64,000 bases of DNA from the IMG/VR virus record IMGVR_UViG_3300045135_001635; one strand, 5' to 3'. Under the pieces are notes generated by a model, which did no database searches, was not told where the DNA came from, and was given only the letters and a program-made list of their open reading frames with translations. The stretch comes from a virus. A program made the translations under genes and the position numbers. Position 1 is the first letter of the stretch. The number at the start of each line of letters is the position of its first letter. Below, in pieces: positions 17,353 to 26,764 of this stretch.

Positions 17353-18313
17353 TTTTGTATATGTAATTTAAAGCTGAATTTGCTTCGACACGCATCGGTC
17401 GATTTTCGTACCAGTTACCATTTTCACGGTCAAACTCGCGACACAATTCCTCTATTTGCTGAGGTGTCATCGGATAACCACGACGGTAAGCATTACTCGC
17501 GATACCAACCATAATATGATACATCTTACTATACCAACCTGTATCTGAAATCGTAAGATAGTCTTTACCCAGTTTCTTTGGCCAAAAGGGGCAATCGCGA
17601 TAACCACTCCAGCTGAAGTCGGTGTTATTTAGTTGGTTCTTACGATAACTGATAACCGCTTGCTGCATCTCAAGAGGTAGCTTGTCAAGGAAGTCATTAC
17701 CAGACTTTTCTTTATAAGGATGAGAAGCAATTAACTCGGATACATTAAGCGGTTTGCCTTCGTTAACGAAGAAGAACGACCACGCATCAGGATATTGAGC
17801 AGGAACGTAGTACATACGCGCTAAGTCTTTTGTCTGAGGATCACCTATCTCGCCGAGTTCGGTATTTAACGCAAACCAAAAAGGTTTGATACGATTCGCT
17901 TCGACCAGCTCGTCTAATCTAAATACAATACGAAACTTAGGAATCTTTTCGTGATCTAAATCATTAAGAGGTTCGCGCGAACTTGCCGTATTATAAACTA
18001 CATAATCATATTGACCGAAGTCTTTACGAATAGCTTCTTCTAGCGCGTTTAGAGAATGTGAAGGATAGTTATGATCATCAACATCAACGCAACACCAGCC
18101 AGCCCAATGTGTAGTATTTCGATTAGCACGCGTCGTGCCGTTCGTGAAAACAGCAGGAGTAATAAGAGGAGAAGAATTATTTCCACCTTTCTGACCTCGC
18201 TTCGTGTATAAACCTTTCAATAAACCGACGAACTCACGCCAAGACGCCAAAGACATCTTTCGGTGAGTTTTATTGTCGAACTGATTTTTAAAAATAGTTA
18301 ATTCATAATTCAT
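17345..18313 (-). CDS. archaeo-eukaryotic primase (PrimPol)-like protein
   Basis: R...N, VDVDD, YNTASS, PKFRIVF, D...KD..RMYYVP. Confidence 0.65.
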   Translation of the reverse strand: MNYELTIFKNQFDNKTHRKMSLASWREFVGLLKGLYTKRGQKGGNNSSPLITPAVFTNGTTRANRNTTHWAGWCCVDVDDHNYPSHSLNALEEAIRKDFGQYDYVVYNTASSREPLNDLDHEKIPKFRIVFRLDELVEANRIKPFWFALNTELGEIGDPQTKDLARMYYVPAQYPDAWSFFFVNEGKPLNVSELIASHPYKEKSGNDFLDKLPLEMQQAVISYRKNQLNNTDFSWSGYRDCPFWPKKLGKDYLTISDTGWYSKMYHIMVGIASNAYRRGYPMTPQQIEELCREFDRENGNWYENRPMRVEANSALNYIYKNG

Positions 18314-18320
18314 AGAGTAT

Positions 18321-18349
18321 ATTATACTATAGTTATTTTAAAAAGTAAA
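18321..18349 (-). promoter_or_regulatory. sigma70-type promoter, probably leaderless transcript
   Basis: TTTACT-17-TATAAT with the ATG 7 nt downstream and no SD. Confidence 0.75.
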
Positions 18350-18352
18350 CCT

Positions 18353-18982
18353 CTAATTCATTAAATCGTCTAAAGAAACGGAAGAATTCATATGAATGTC
18401 GATAGCTTCTAGAAGTTTTTTAGAAAAACTATTTCGATTTCTATTAATAAGCTTCTCGTTAACATACAAAAATTTATACGCATCAGGATGGTCACTAACG
18501 TGATTAAAACCAGTTCTTGGAGTCTTTACAGATAAACGCTCAAAAAGCTCTGAATTTTCAGGCAACTTTTTAGTATCCGTACAAAGGACATATAAACACT
18601 TACCAGTTTCTTTACACGTACCCATATTAATAAGGTACGGTCTTTTATTTCTCCAAGTATCAGCTTTATTCTCGGGAGTACCTAATCTATGCTCACCAAA
18701 AGAACCATCAGCATTTAACTTCTTAGTGTCGTTGATAGTTTCCATTTTCATTTCGACAAGGCGACCGTCTTGAGTGATGCCGTCAAAATCGTGAATACCT
18801 TCATGCTCTTCAATCTTAAAACGATGCTGAATCGCTTGTTCGACAAACTTACCGCCAGCGCCATGAAGCGTTAACATAGCGCCAGCCATATTGATTAGCC
18901 CTCTTTGATTTTTTTGATCTTGGTCTAATGTATCGAAGTAGAATGATGTAACAAAATCTAGGTTTTCTTGGCTTAGTTTCAT
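18353..18982 (-). CDS. putative PD-(D/E)xK nuclease-like protein
   Basis: GKFVE...HDFDG...VEMK arrangement. Confidence 0.45.
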   Translation of the reverse strand: MKLSQENLDFVTSFYFDTLDQDQKNQRGLINMAGAMLTLHGAGGKFVEQAIQHRFKIEEHEGIHDFDGITQDGRLVEMKMETINDTKKLNADGSFGEHRLGTPENKADTWRNKRPYLINMGTCKETGKCLYVLCTDTKKLPENSELFERLSVKTPRTGFNHVSDHPDAYKFLYVNEKLINRNRNSFSKKLLEAIDIHMNSSVSLDDLMN

Positions 18983-19026
18983 AATATAAATTCTCAGTTA
19001 AGTCGCTTTTATCAAAGTACAGAGGT

Positions 19027-19055
19027 ATTATACTACAGTTAAACTAAGAAGTAAA
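19027..19055 (-). promoter_or_regulatory. sigma70-type early promoter
   Basis: TTTACT-17-TATAAT. Confidence 0.8.
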
Positions 19056-19068
19056 CCATTATCGCCAT

Positions 19069-20073
19069 TTATTTCAAGAAAAAATATAAAATAATTCCGA
19101 TAGCACAAGCAATACCAATATAATCAATCACATTAACCGCTCGAGTAGATTCTTTCTTCTCGATAGGTTTTGGCTCAGGTACGTCAAGAATCACTTCAGG
19201 CTTTACTGTTTCAATTACAGGGAAGTTGCGATAGTCCTTTCTTGGCGCGACGTACTTATCTTCATACTCACTTGGGTCATAGTAATCAGCGTCTAAGATT
19301 TCGGCGTCTTCGAATGGCGCAACAAAAAATCCAGGATTAGTAATTACCCAAAACTCGAACGCGTCTTTAGCTGTACCAACTTTGTCATAAGGAATACCAA
19401 AGAATCCACCATCACCCCATCCTTTACCCCAAGAGTTCTGAACGAGGAAACGTTCAGTTTGATCGCAGAATCCTACAATAACAACTTCGTGATTACCGTT
19501 ATTCTTCGCGCGAGAGTCCCACGTATGTGTGCGCCAATCACCCTTTAAGCTATAAACACCCGAGCGAGTTTTAATTGTTGTTAAAACAGGTAAACCATTT
19601 AACACCGCATTACGAATATCATCTATATCAGCAATGACCTTTCGATATTCTTCAATCTTATAATCTTTAGCGTTGTCTCTAACAAGAGAACTTGGTTCAC
19701 GCGAAATATTTTCCTTGATAAATGGCCACTTTTTTTCTAATGGTACGCCATATAAGCTTAACGCCTTACAAATATCTCGAGGATATGCGCCAGCATCGCT
19801 TGAAGGTAAGTTCCCCAATTTACGCGTGTACCAATAAAGATACATTCTTGATAGGTCGCTCCAATTACCTGCGCGAGAATATAAAATCTCTAAAGCAGTA
19901 CAACCAGCATTCGCGGTACAAGAGTTCGTACTACCTTGATGTTCTACTTCGTGTATATGAGGTATTAGATCGACGACTGGTGAAGTCGCCTTTGTCGTTA
20001 TAGGTTGATAAACATAATCTCTACTATCTTCAGGCGATGGTAGAACGTTTTCAATACTTGTATATTCAGTCAT
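19069..20073 (-). CDS. papain-like (C1) cysteine peptidase with C-terminal TM helix
   Basis: QGSTNSC, GNHEVVIVG, QNSWGKGWGDGG; start moved to ATG 20073, just after the gp43 stop. Confidence 0.88.
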   Translation of the reverse strand: MTEYTSIENVLPSPEDSRDYVYQPITTKATSPVVDLIPHIHEVEHQGSTNSCTANAGCTALEILYSRAGNWSDLSRMYLYWYTRKLGNLPSSDAGAYPRDICKALSLYGVPLEKKWPFIKENISREPSSLVRDNAKDYKIEEYRKVIADIDDIRNAVLNGLPVLTTIKTRSGVYSLKGDWRTHTWDSRAKNNGNHEVVIVGFCDQTERFLVQNSWGKGWGDGGFFGIPYDKVGTAKDAFEFWVITNPGFFVAPFEDAEILDADYYDPSEYEDKYVAPRKDYRNFPVIETVKPEVILDVPEPKPIEKKESTRAVNVIDYIGIACAIGIILYFFLK

Positions 20074-20077
20074 AACA

Positions 20078-22546
20078 TTATCCAAAAAAGTCTTCGAGCG
20101 ACGCAGAAGGTTCTGGTGTCCAGCCAACAGCGTCAAGTATTACAGTAAGTGGGTCAAGAAACGTTTTAGTAAACATTAGATCATAATCCACATACTTATG
20201 TAGTCCCAACTCTTTTGGTAGCTGATTTGGGTATGATATAACGTTTTCTTTTATTGGGTTGGGTGTAGTTAAATACACGAACTTTATTTTATCGCCTGAT
20301 TTAATCAACTCTTGGCGTCGTTCAAGTCCTTTATCTTTAACACCTTTATTGTATAAGAGAGAGCCACGTACGTGAATCGGTGTACCTTTCTTATATATTA
20401 GTTTACTGTCTTTCCACTTGCTCACTTCTGATACGCCACGAGGAAACGAAATATCTTCGGGCGGTAAGTTACCGAATTCGTCCCTAAAGTTTGATATGAA
20501 GCGTTGAGTATCTGATTCAGTACCTTCTACGATAACGCGAAAGACTTCTTTGAACTTATCGCGAACAACTTGTGGTGTACTTGATTTAACAGCTTCGATA
20601 CCCATCATCTTGAGTTTTGGTTGCGCGTACTGTACACCCTCGTTATTGTGAACGTTTAAGATGTAGCGCTTCTTAGCGACCCATATAGCTTTATCGGCGA
20701 TAACCTCGCGACCCATTTCCATACGATTTACATACGAGTTTGTAACTTTAGACAAATCGTCGTAGGATTTCGAAAGGACTTTTTCAAAGTGTTCTCTACA
20801 AATCTTATCAAGAAACTTAACGGGATCATTAGGATTAAACTTCTGAACCAGAGGATTCATATTAATATACAGTGAGTCAGTATCAATCGCGATGACGTAA
20901 TCTTTCTTAGACTTGAGTAACTTATTCATATCTTCGTTAATTGCGCGCTCAGCCCATTTAATAGCGAGCTGACCAGCGAGCGTGATAGACTCAGCAACAC
21001 GTTGATCAAAGTAACGGAACCAACGATTACCCAACGCGCCGTATAGTGAGTTCATAAGAATCTTGATAGCCATCTGCTGGTTATCCAACTGAGCGATTTC
21101 ATTTTCAAGCGCTTTAGTCTTTTCTCCCTCGTACCGCTGTTGAGCATTCAGCATGTTATTCTTAATTACTCGACGATCATCATAGAACTGAGTGATGATA
21201 TCAGGAATAATACCTATCTTACCGTGAGTGAATCTAACACCAGTTGGCGCTACGGAATATTCGTTCGTCGTAATAGGCTCTTGTAATCCAAAATAACGCT
21301 CAACACTGACGTTCGGTTCAAGACCGTCAATCACTGTCTCAGGAGACATATTAAACTGTACGATGATATTAGGATAAAGTGAGTTTAAATCGAACGACGT
21401 TACCCATTCATGCCCGCCCACATGAGGTTCTTTTACATACGCTCCTGGAAACTTACTTTTCGGCTTATCTACTTTTGGCGGAACAGCAATGAGTTGACTA
21501 TTCAATACTCGGTAAATAATAGAATCCCATATACCAGTCGTACCCATACACTCGTCAAAGTTTACACCGCCCTTGTACGATAGGGTAAATGCGAGGGAAA
21601 GTAGACCGAGCTTCTCATCTAGGCGGTCTACCAACTCAACGTCTTTGATATTGTAGTCAATAAACTTTTCAGGGTCGTCGCGATATAGAGTATGTAAGTT
21701 ACCGTGTTCTTCGTACGAAAGTTTTCGATCGCCGAGTACAACAAACGCAATATGATCTAGGCGATAAGACTCTTGACGCCCTAGCGTGTTAAGCGTAAAC
21801 TTTTTAAAGAGTTCGATATAATCTAGTTGCTGAACGCCAACGATATCGTACACGTTAACTTTACCGAACTCGTTATTCATTGTACGAGGATTAACAAGAC
21901 CCCAAGGAGATAACTTTCCAGGAAGCGCAGGATCGATTTTAGCAGCGCGGTTAACAAGATAAGGAATATCGAAGCCACGTGTATTCCAGCCAGTTATAAC
22001 GTCGGGGGATTTTATACTCCACCAATCAAAGAACTCGCGCATTAAATGTGATTCTGATTCACAACGTTTATAAACAACATCTTCATTCTTGACCGTATAA
22101 TCGATCATAGACCATACGTAATAGATATTATCAAACTTCACAGTAATCGCAGTAACATCATACTTGGCGTCATCTGGCTCAGGAAATCCGTCGTGAGAGT
22201 CAACCTCAATATCAATATTAGCGACCTTGATTAAATCCGGATCAAACTGAATATTGTTAGGGAAGTTTTGTGTAACAAACTGATAGATATAGTTGTTCAT
22301 ACCGTACACGCGGAAGTTAGGAACTTCTTCGTATTTCTTAATGAACTCGGTTGCTTCAGAAATACTGTCTAAGGTAATTGGCTCGACGTTAGTTCCGTCA
22401 AGCGCTTTCCAATCACTCTCGCTTTTCATAGTCTGTACATAAAGTGTAGGCTTGAACCTTACCTTCTTCTGTACTCGCTTACCGTTGTTGTATCCGCGAT
22501 AAAGAATATTGTTTTTAAAGCGTGATACTGCCGTATAAAATTCCAT
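20078..22546 (-). CDS. gp43: family B DNA polymerase
   Basis: [41 protein letters not shown]. Confidence 0.98.
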   Translation of the reverse strand: MEFYTAVSRFKNNILYRGYNNGKRVQKKVRFKPTLYVQTMKSESDWKALDGTNVEPITLDSISEATEFIKKYEEVPNFRVYGMNNYIYQFVTQNFPNNIQFDPDLIKVANIDIEVDSHDGFPEPDDAKYDVTAITVKFDNIYYVWSMIDYTVKNEDVVYKRCESESHLMREFFDWWSIKSPDVITGWNTRGFDIPYLVNRAAKIDPALPGKLSPWGLVNPRTMNNEFGKVNVYDIVGVQQLDYIELFKKFTLNTLGRQESYRLDHIAFVVLGDRKLSYEEHGNLHTLYRDDPEKFIDYNIKDVELVDRLDEKLGLLSLAFTLSYKGGVNFDECMGTTGIWDSIIYRVLNSQLIAVPPKVDKPKSKFPGAYVKEPHVGGHEWVTSFDLNSLYPNIIVQFNMSPETVIDGLEPNVSVERYFGLQEPITTNEYSVAPTGVRFTHGKIGIIPDIITQFYDDRRVIKNNMLNAQQRYEGEKTKALENEIAQLDNQQMAIKILMNSLYGALGNRWFRYFDQRVAESITLAGQLAIKWAERAINEDMNKLLKSKKDYVIAIDTDSLYINMNPLVQKFNPNDPVKFLDKICREHFEKVLSKSYDDLSKVTNSYVNRMEMGREVIADKAIWVAKKRYILNVHNNEGVQYAQPKLKMMGIEAVKSSTPQVVRDKFKEVFRVIVEGTESDTQRFISNFRDEFGNLPPEDISFPRGVSEVSKWKDSKLIYKKGTPIHVRGSLLYNKGVKDKGLERRQELIKSGDKIKFVYLTTPNPIKENVISYPNQLPKELGLHKYVDYDLMFTKTFLDPLTVILDAVGWTPEPSASLEDFFG

Positions 22547-22571
22547 ACAATCTCCATAATGATAAGCATAT

Positions 22572-22600
22572 ATTATATAATAAAAACGAACAAAAGTAAA
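22572..22600 (-). promoter_or_regulatory. sigma70-type promoter for gp43
   Basis: TTTACT-17-TATAAT. Confidence 0.8.
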
Positions 22601-22602
22601 GT

Positions 22603-23400
22603 TTAATCTATAACTTTAAAGAATCTGTGGCGGTTCCAAGGTTTTTCAATATCTTCATCAGAATAACCGTGATGTTCTTGAGTCACACATAGACGTTTTG
22701 AAATCACCTGAGTTGTTGGATTCGGTATACCGTTTTTTCCTTTATCGGGAGTATTATAGTAAACGCCAATGTGTCGTCCTACACCTAATGTATCGCAATT
22801 TGTCCAAGGGTGAACAGCTGGGTCGAGAATACCAAAGAAGTCAACGTCTTCTCTTTCTAAGTGGTCTGTAGTAAATGTTCGATATAAACGCTGAAGCGTA
22901 CAATATGGTCCACAGTTAATCGGAAACTGTACATTAGTAAGCATATGATACATCCAATGAGCTGCGCGTTGGTCAAGGCAATACATACCCATAAACAGAC
23001 CGATATTGCTGTACAGCGTCCCTTGTGCGTGATTTACCATTGTCTTGAATACTTCATAACGCTCATCAAGCATATAGGTATCGTGTTCCATTATCCAGAA
23101 CTTTTCTTTTTGCTCACTTTGAATTCGCATTAATTCCCAATGAGAACACATACCAGCCTTCTCCGTGGGGGAATGATCATCAGGTGCTTTATTCTTTAGG
23201 TCAGCATACATCAAACTCTGTTGCCAATTATACCGACCAACGTGTTCTTCAAAGTTTTCGCTATTCGGAGTTATCGCATCAAACGTTTCTATCGATGTAA
23301 GAACCCCATCGTCTAATGCTCGCTCAAATGATTTACGTGATATTTCCGCATACTCTTCCGAGCGCTCATCACCTTTCATTACAATTTGAATAGCTTTCAT
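22603..23400 (-). CDS. glycosyltransferase family 25-like
   Basis: FDAITP, E.AG..SHWEL, FWIMEHD, Y.L....A. Confidence 0.65.
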   Translation of the reverse strand: MKAIQIVMKGDERSEEYAEISRKSFERALDDGVLTSIETFDAITPNSENFEEHVGRYNWQQSLMYADLKNKAPDDHSPTEKAGMCSHWELMRIQSEQKEKFWIMEHDTYMLDERYEVFKTMVNHAQGTLYSNIGLFMGMYCLDQRAAHWMYHMLTNVQFPINCGPYCTLQRLYRTFTTDHLEREDVDFFGILDPAVHPWTNCDTLGVGRHIGVYYNTPDKGKNGIPNPTTQVISKRLCVTQEHHGYSDEDIEKPWNRHRFFKVID

Positions 23401-23476
23401 TTACCAAGTTTCCTTTATAATCGTAAGACAGAAGGGAATAACTCCCAACCTTTTTGTTTATACATTCAACACCTAT

Positions 23477-23498
23477 AAAAAAGGGGACTATCGTCCCC
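23477..23498 (-). terminator. intrinsic terminator
   Basis: GGGGAC-GATA-GTCCCC followed by T-tract. Confidence 0.8.
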
Positions 23499-23504
23499 AA
23501 TTCG

Positions 23505-23609
23505 TTAAATAGCTGCTACGCAATACGCGATGGCAGCAAACATAATAGTAGCGATAGAAAAATAACAGACTTTATCTGCTACTCTATCAAACTTCTTTTG
23601 CCTTTCCAT
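23505..23609 (-). CDS. 34-aa single-TM peptide after hsp20
   Basis: Manual translation MERQKKFDRVADKVCYFSIATIMFAAIAYCVAAI*, GAGGA RBS. Confidence 0.55.
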   Translation of the reverse strand: MERQKKFDRVADKVCYFSIATIMFAAIAYCVAAI

Positions 23610-24036
23610 TTGTAGTTTCCTCGTTTGAATTAATTTTTATCATACGAGGTCGCTGACTTTCTGGAACTACGACTTCCAATTTAACGGCAAGTAACCCATT
23701 CTCAAAGTCAGCACCAGTTACTTCAACATACTCCGACAGACGAAATTGTCTCTCAAACTTTTTCGTTGAGATGCCTTTATGGACATATTCTCTCCCACGA
23801 TCTGAGTGCTTTCCACGAACGCTCAGTATGCGATCTTTTACTTCAAGCTCAAGCTCACTTTCGCTGAAACCAGCAACGGCGAGTTCGATTAGGTAGGTAT
23901 CCTCTCCTGTCTTAATGATATTGTGGGGAGGAAAACTGTCGTTCGAGTTTCGTGAAATTCGCTCAAGTTCATCGAACATTGAATCGAATCCTACAAAGGC
24001 TGAACGTGGGAATAATTGTTTTGCTGTAAGTGTCAT
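23587..24036 (-). CDS. hsp20: small heat-shock protein Hsp20/IbpA-like
   Basis: VGFD, FPPHNI, IELAVAGF, HKGIS, F.R.F.L, NGLL.V. Confidence 0.95.
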   Translation of the reverse strand: MTLTAKQLFPRSAFVGFDSMFDELERISRNSNDSFPPHNIIKTGEDTYLIELAVAGFSESELELEVKDRILSVRGKHSDRGREYVHKGISTKKFERQFRLSEYVEVTGADFENGLLAVKLEVVVPESQRPRMIKINSNEETTNGKAKEV

Positions 24037-24098
24037 ATTGATACTCCTAAGTTAATAGCAAGTTTAGTTTAAAATGATACCCGACTATTCGGCATATC
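24037..24098 (-). promoter_or_regulatory. ROSE-like RNA thermometer
   Basis: 5' hairpin GATATGCCGA-ATAG-TCGGGTATC plus ACTTGCT pairing to the SD AGGAGT with a bulged G. Confidence 0.7.
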
Positions 24099-24113
24099 GT
24101 TAGTATATAGTAG

Positions 24114-24142
24114 ATTATACTATACAAAAGTGGAAAAGTCAA
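24114..24142 (-). promoter_or_regulatory. sigma70-type promoter for hsp20
   Basis: TTGACT-17-TATAAT. Confidence 0.8.
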
Positions 24143-24175
24143 ATAAAAATATGTTTGACTTTTCCATTAGTTTTT

Positions 24176-24706
24176 TTAATAGTATTGCGAAGGATCTGGG
24201 TCGCCTTCCACACCGAAGGAGAATGATACCCGAGAGATCCTTGGGAATACTTGGTGATGCGTACCACGTGGGATATACGCAAACATTCCTGGTTCGAAGT
24301 CAAAGACTTCATCGTTGTTGTAACCTTCAAGCTTGAAGCCGACGGTACTAATTACTTGAACAAGAAACACATCCATACTATCACAGTGCCATGGATAACT
24401 ACCGCTGTCGATACCAAAACCACTGAAAGCGATATTAGTAATCTTGTCGGCGTGTAACGTGAATACATCTTGCATCTCAGCATAGATATTTTTAGCGAAC
24501 TCTGGTGCACTACCACGAGTATGGAACTGATTCAATCCAATTCTAAATTTATCTGAGTTACGGTCATATAGATGCTCTGGGTGAGAATCCATCATTTTCA
24601 TATATTCAGTCCATCCGTAAGCTTCTTCCATCTTAAATGGCAATCTACCTACGAATGGTTTCTTTTCTTTAATATAGTCTTCTTTATCTTTGAAGATGTC
24701 ATACAT
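24176..24706 (-). CDS. JmjC/cupin Fe-2OG hydroxylase-like protein
   Basis: WHCDSMDVFLVQ..EPG..YIPRGTHHQV. Confidence 0.75.
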   Translation of the reverse strand: MYDIFKDKEDYIKEKKPFVGRLPFKMEEAYGWTEYMKMMDSHPEHLYDRNSDKFRIGLNQFHTRGSAPEFAKNIYAEMQDVFTLHADKITNIAFSGFGIDSGSYPWHCDSMDVFLVQVISTVGFKLEGYNNDEVFDFEPGMFAYIPRGTHHQVFPRISRVSFSFGVEGDPDPSQYY

Positions 24707-24720
24707 AATATAGTTTATCC

Positions 24721-25131
24721 TTAGCTGTTACCAATATTGTACTTCGGTTGAAGTGTCCAATTAGCTTTATCTTTGAAAGATATAATTTTAATTTGACGCA
24801 TCGGCGCACATTCTTTTGCTACTTCTTTATTGACGATTGAGACTAAACCCCAATCAGAAAGTAACGTTGCGATTGTGTTACGACGTTCGACGTCTGATGT
24901 TTCTAAATTAGATTTTTTACCATCTAATAAAAATAGTTCTTTAAAATGTACTATGAAATAACGACCCTGCTTGTGAAGAATATGGCACGACTGAAACAAT
25001 GTATTATCACGACGTGATGCTACACCAATTCTTGTCAATGTTTCTCTTACTTTGAGGAAGTCATCAGGCTCCGATAGTGTTATCTCCAACATCATATCGG
25101 GGGTCCAATTTACTAAGTTATTTTCTTCCAC
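24721..25131 (-). CDS. regA: translational repressor
   Basis: DDFLKVRETLTRIGVAS, QSCHILHKQGRYFIVHFKELF. Confidence 0.97.
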   Translation of the reverse strand: MEENNLVNWTPDMMLEITLSEPDDFLKVRETLTRIGVASRRDNTLFQSCHILHKQGRYFIVHFKELFLLDGKKSNLETSDVERRNTIATLLSDWGLVSIVNKEVAKECAPMRQIKIISFKDKANWTLQPKYNIGNS

Positions 25132-25534
25132 CCTTATTCACCTTATCCTTTATTATTGTTATTTGTTCTTCAGATAATACTGAGAGCGCTTCTTTTGCTC
25201 GTTCATTATTATAACCAAAATAACTTTTTATTTCGTTTAAGTTATTTATATTCTCTGACTTATCCCACTTTGAGAACCTACGTTTTTTTCTAACGATATT
25301 TAAATAGAAACTGTACTGTAACTCAGGGTCGCAGTGATGTAATCTATTCATTTCGTTAGCGTAGAATATCGTATCAGGGAAGTAAGAAAGAGCGCGGTTT
25401 ATAATGTAACTGTTATAATATTTAGCGTTTTCATTATCTTCGGTTATAAGGTTATTCTTTGTATCATTAATTGTCTTTAAGAAGTCAAATGGTGACAACT
25501 TCTTAGATGTAGTCGCTTTGTTTACACCAGCCAT
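25118..25534 (-). CDS. gp62: clamp loader small subunit
   Basis: PFDFL..IN, ANEMN, K.RFSKW.K, YFGY..A. Confidence 0.92.
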   Translation of the reverse strand: MAGVNKATTSKKLSPFDFLKTINDTKNNLITEDNENAKYYNSYIINRALSYFPDTIFYANEMNRLHHCDPELQYSFYLNIVRKKRRFSKWDKSENINNLNEIKSYFGYNNERAKEALSVLSEEQITIIKDKVNKGGRK

Positions 25535-26162
25535 TTTTATAGTCCTTCGCGTATAGCTTCTTAATCCGCCTCATTTGTAACGGAGTAACAGCATCATTAT
25601 ATATTTTAAGCCTAGATTTATTTTCGTGTATCTTAGCGATATTCTCATTAAATCCAAGTTCACAAGCTTCGTTTAGGAAAGCAATCAGTTTATCAAGTTC
25701 ACTTATATGAACAACCATATCATAATCATCAGGGCGACCCATATACCACGTCTGAGTATAGAAGTGATTATTTTTAACAGAACCAGATTCTATTGAGTCA
25801 ATCACTTCATCTAACTGAGAAGATATCTCGGGTAAATCGTTTGCTCGTCCTTTAGCGATATGATCTGCGCGATTTTGTAGTATGTACTCACACGCTGATT
25901 TAAAACGATCTACAGGATCACGTCTTACAGCTATTCTAAATGATCCTGGACGAAAAGGCAAGTCTAATTGATCACCTTCGCGCTTAACGTAATGATAACG
26001 ATACGAACGACCAACATATTCATCGTGTCCACGGTGAACTCTAAACAACTCTTTTATTGAAGACATTCCGTTCTTAGGACAAAGTCTTACATCCACATTA
26101 TTCGGGAAGTATAAGACGTTGTCGAACGGAGACATCTCATATATACGAACGTCATCAGACAT
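25503..26162 (-). CDS. sulfotransferase family 2
   Basis: 5'-PSB PKNGMSS, 3'-PB RDPVDRFKS, HF..Q, Y..DY. Confidence 0.8.
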   Translation of the reverse strand: MSDDVRIYEMSPFDNVLYFPNNVDVRLCPKNGMSSIKELFRVHRGHDEYVGRSYRYHYVKREGDQLDLPFRPGSFRIAVRRDPVDRFKSACEYILQNRADHIAKGRANDLPEISSQLDEVIDSIESGSVKNNHFYTQTWYMGRPDDYDMVVHISELDKLIAFLNEACELGFNENIAKIHENKSRLKIYNDAVTPLQMRRIKKLYAKDYKNGWCKQSDYI

Positions 26163-26764
26163 TATTTAACATTCCTTAGTGCGATATACAGGGATTGCAT
26201 TCTCATAATGTCTAACGCAATATCGTGTATAGGATTATGATGGATGAACCCTTCTATATTTTCAGGCATAAATTTGTTATCGAAATCAATGCCCATAGTC
26301 ATACCATCAATAATTGAGCGAGTATCACGTAAGTTCCACCACGCCCAAGGTTCTTTATCTCCTGTTTGTATCATTAACTGAGATAGAAACACAGGATCAA
26401 AACTATTACCACGAGTATATACGCGTTTTGGATCTATGGAGATCTTTTTACAAAAACTATATAACTCTGTTATTGAAACATCTTCATTTGAAGGAGCAAG
26501 CATAGAACGCGCTTCTGCGTTTTGTTTACTCCACCATACTAACGTATCTTTCTGTGGTCTACGTCCATACACTTCTGCTTGTTCTTTTGTATCGAACTTA
26601 ATGAAGTACGCAGACTCAACCAACTCTTCAAAAGTATATGGATTGGTTTCAAAACGAGTTTCGTCATAACGTATCGCAGCAAAGTTTATGACTATTCCAT
26701 TCACAGGATTTTGAGACAGTGTCTCGAAGTCATAGATTACCGCATCATTCACTAACTTAGCCAT
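26162..26764 (-). CDS. dexA: DexA-like 3'-5' exonuclease
   Basis: DFETL, WWSKQ, RGNSFD, RDTRS, HNPIHDIALD. Confidence 0.85.
   Translation of the reverse strand: MAKLVNDAVIYDFETLSQNPVNGIVINFAAIRYDETRFETNPYTFEELVESAYFIKFDTKEQAEVYGRRPQKDTLVWWSKQNAEARSMLAPSNEDVSITELYSFCKKISIDPKRVYTRGNSFDPVFLSQLMIQTGDKEPWAWWNLRDTRSIIDGMTMGIDFDNKFMPENIEGFIHHNPIHDIALDIMRMQSLYIALRNVK

Noticed and set aside
20074-20136. N-terminal extensions given by the ORF track for the peptidase (also gp20, uvsW, DUF932, 7295 ORF)
   Set aside because: They overlap upstream genes or promoters; downstream ATGs fit gene packing and RBS positions better
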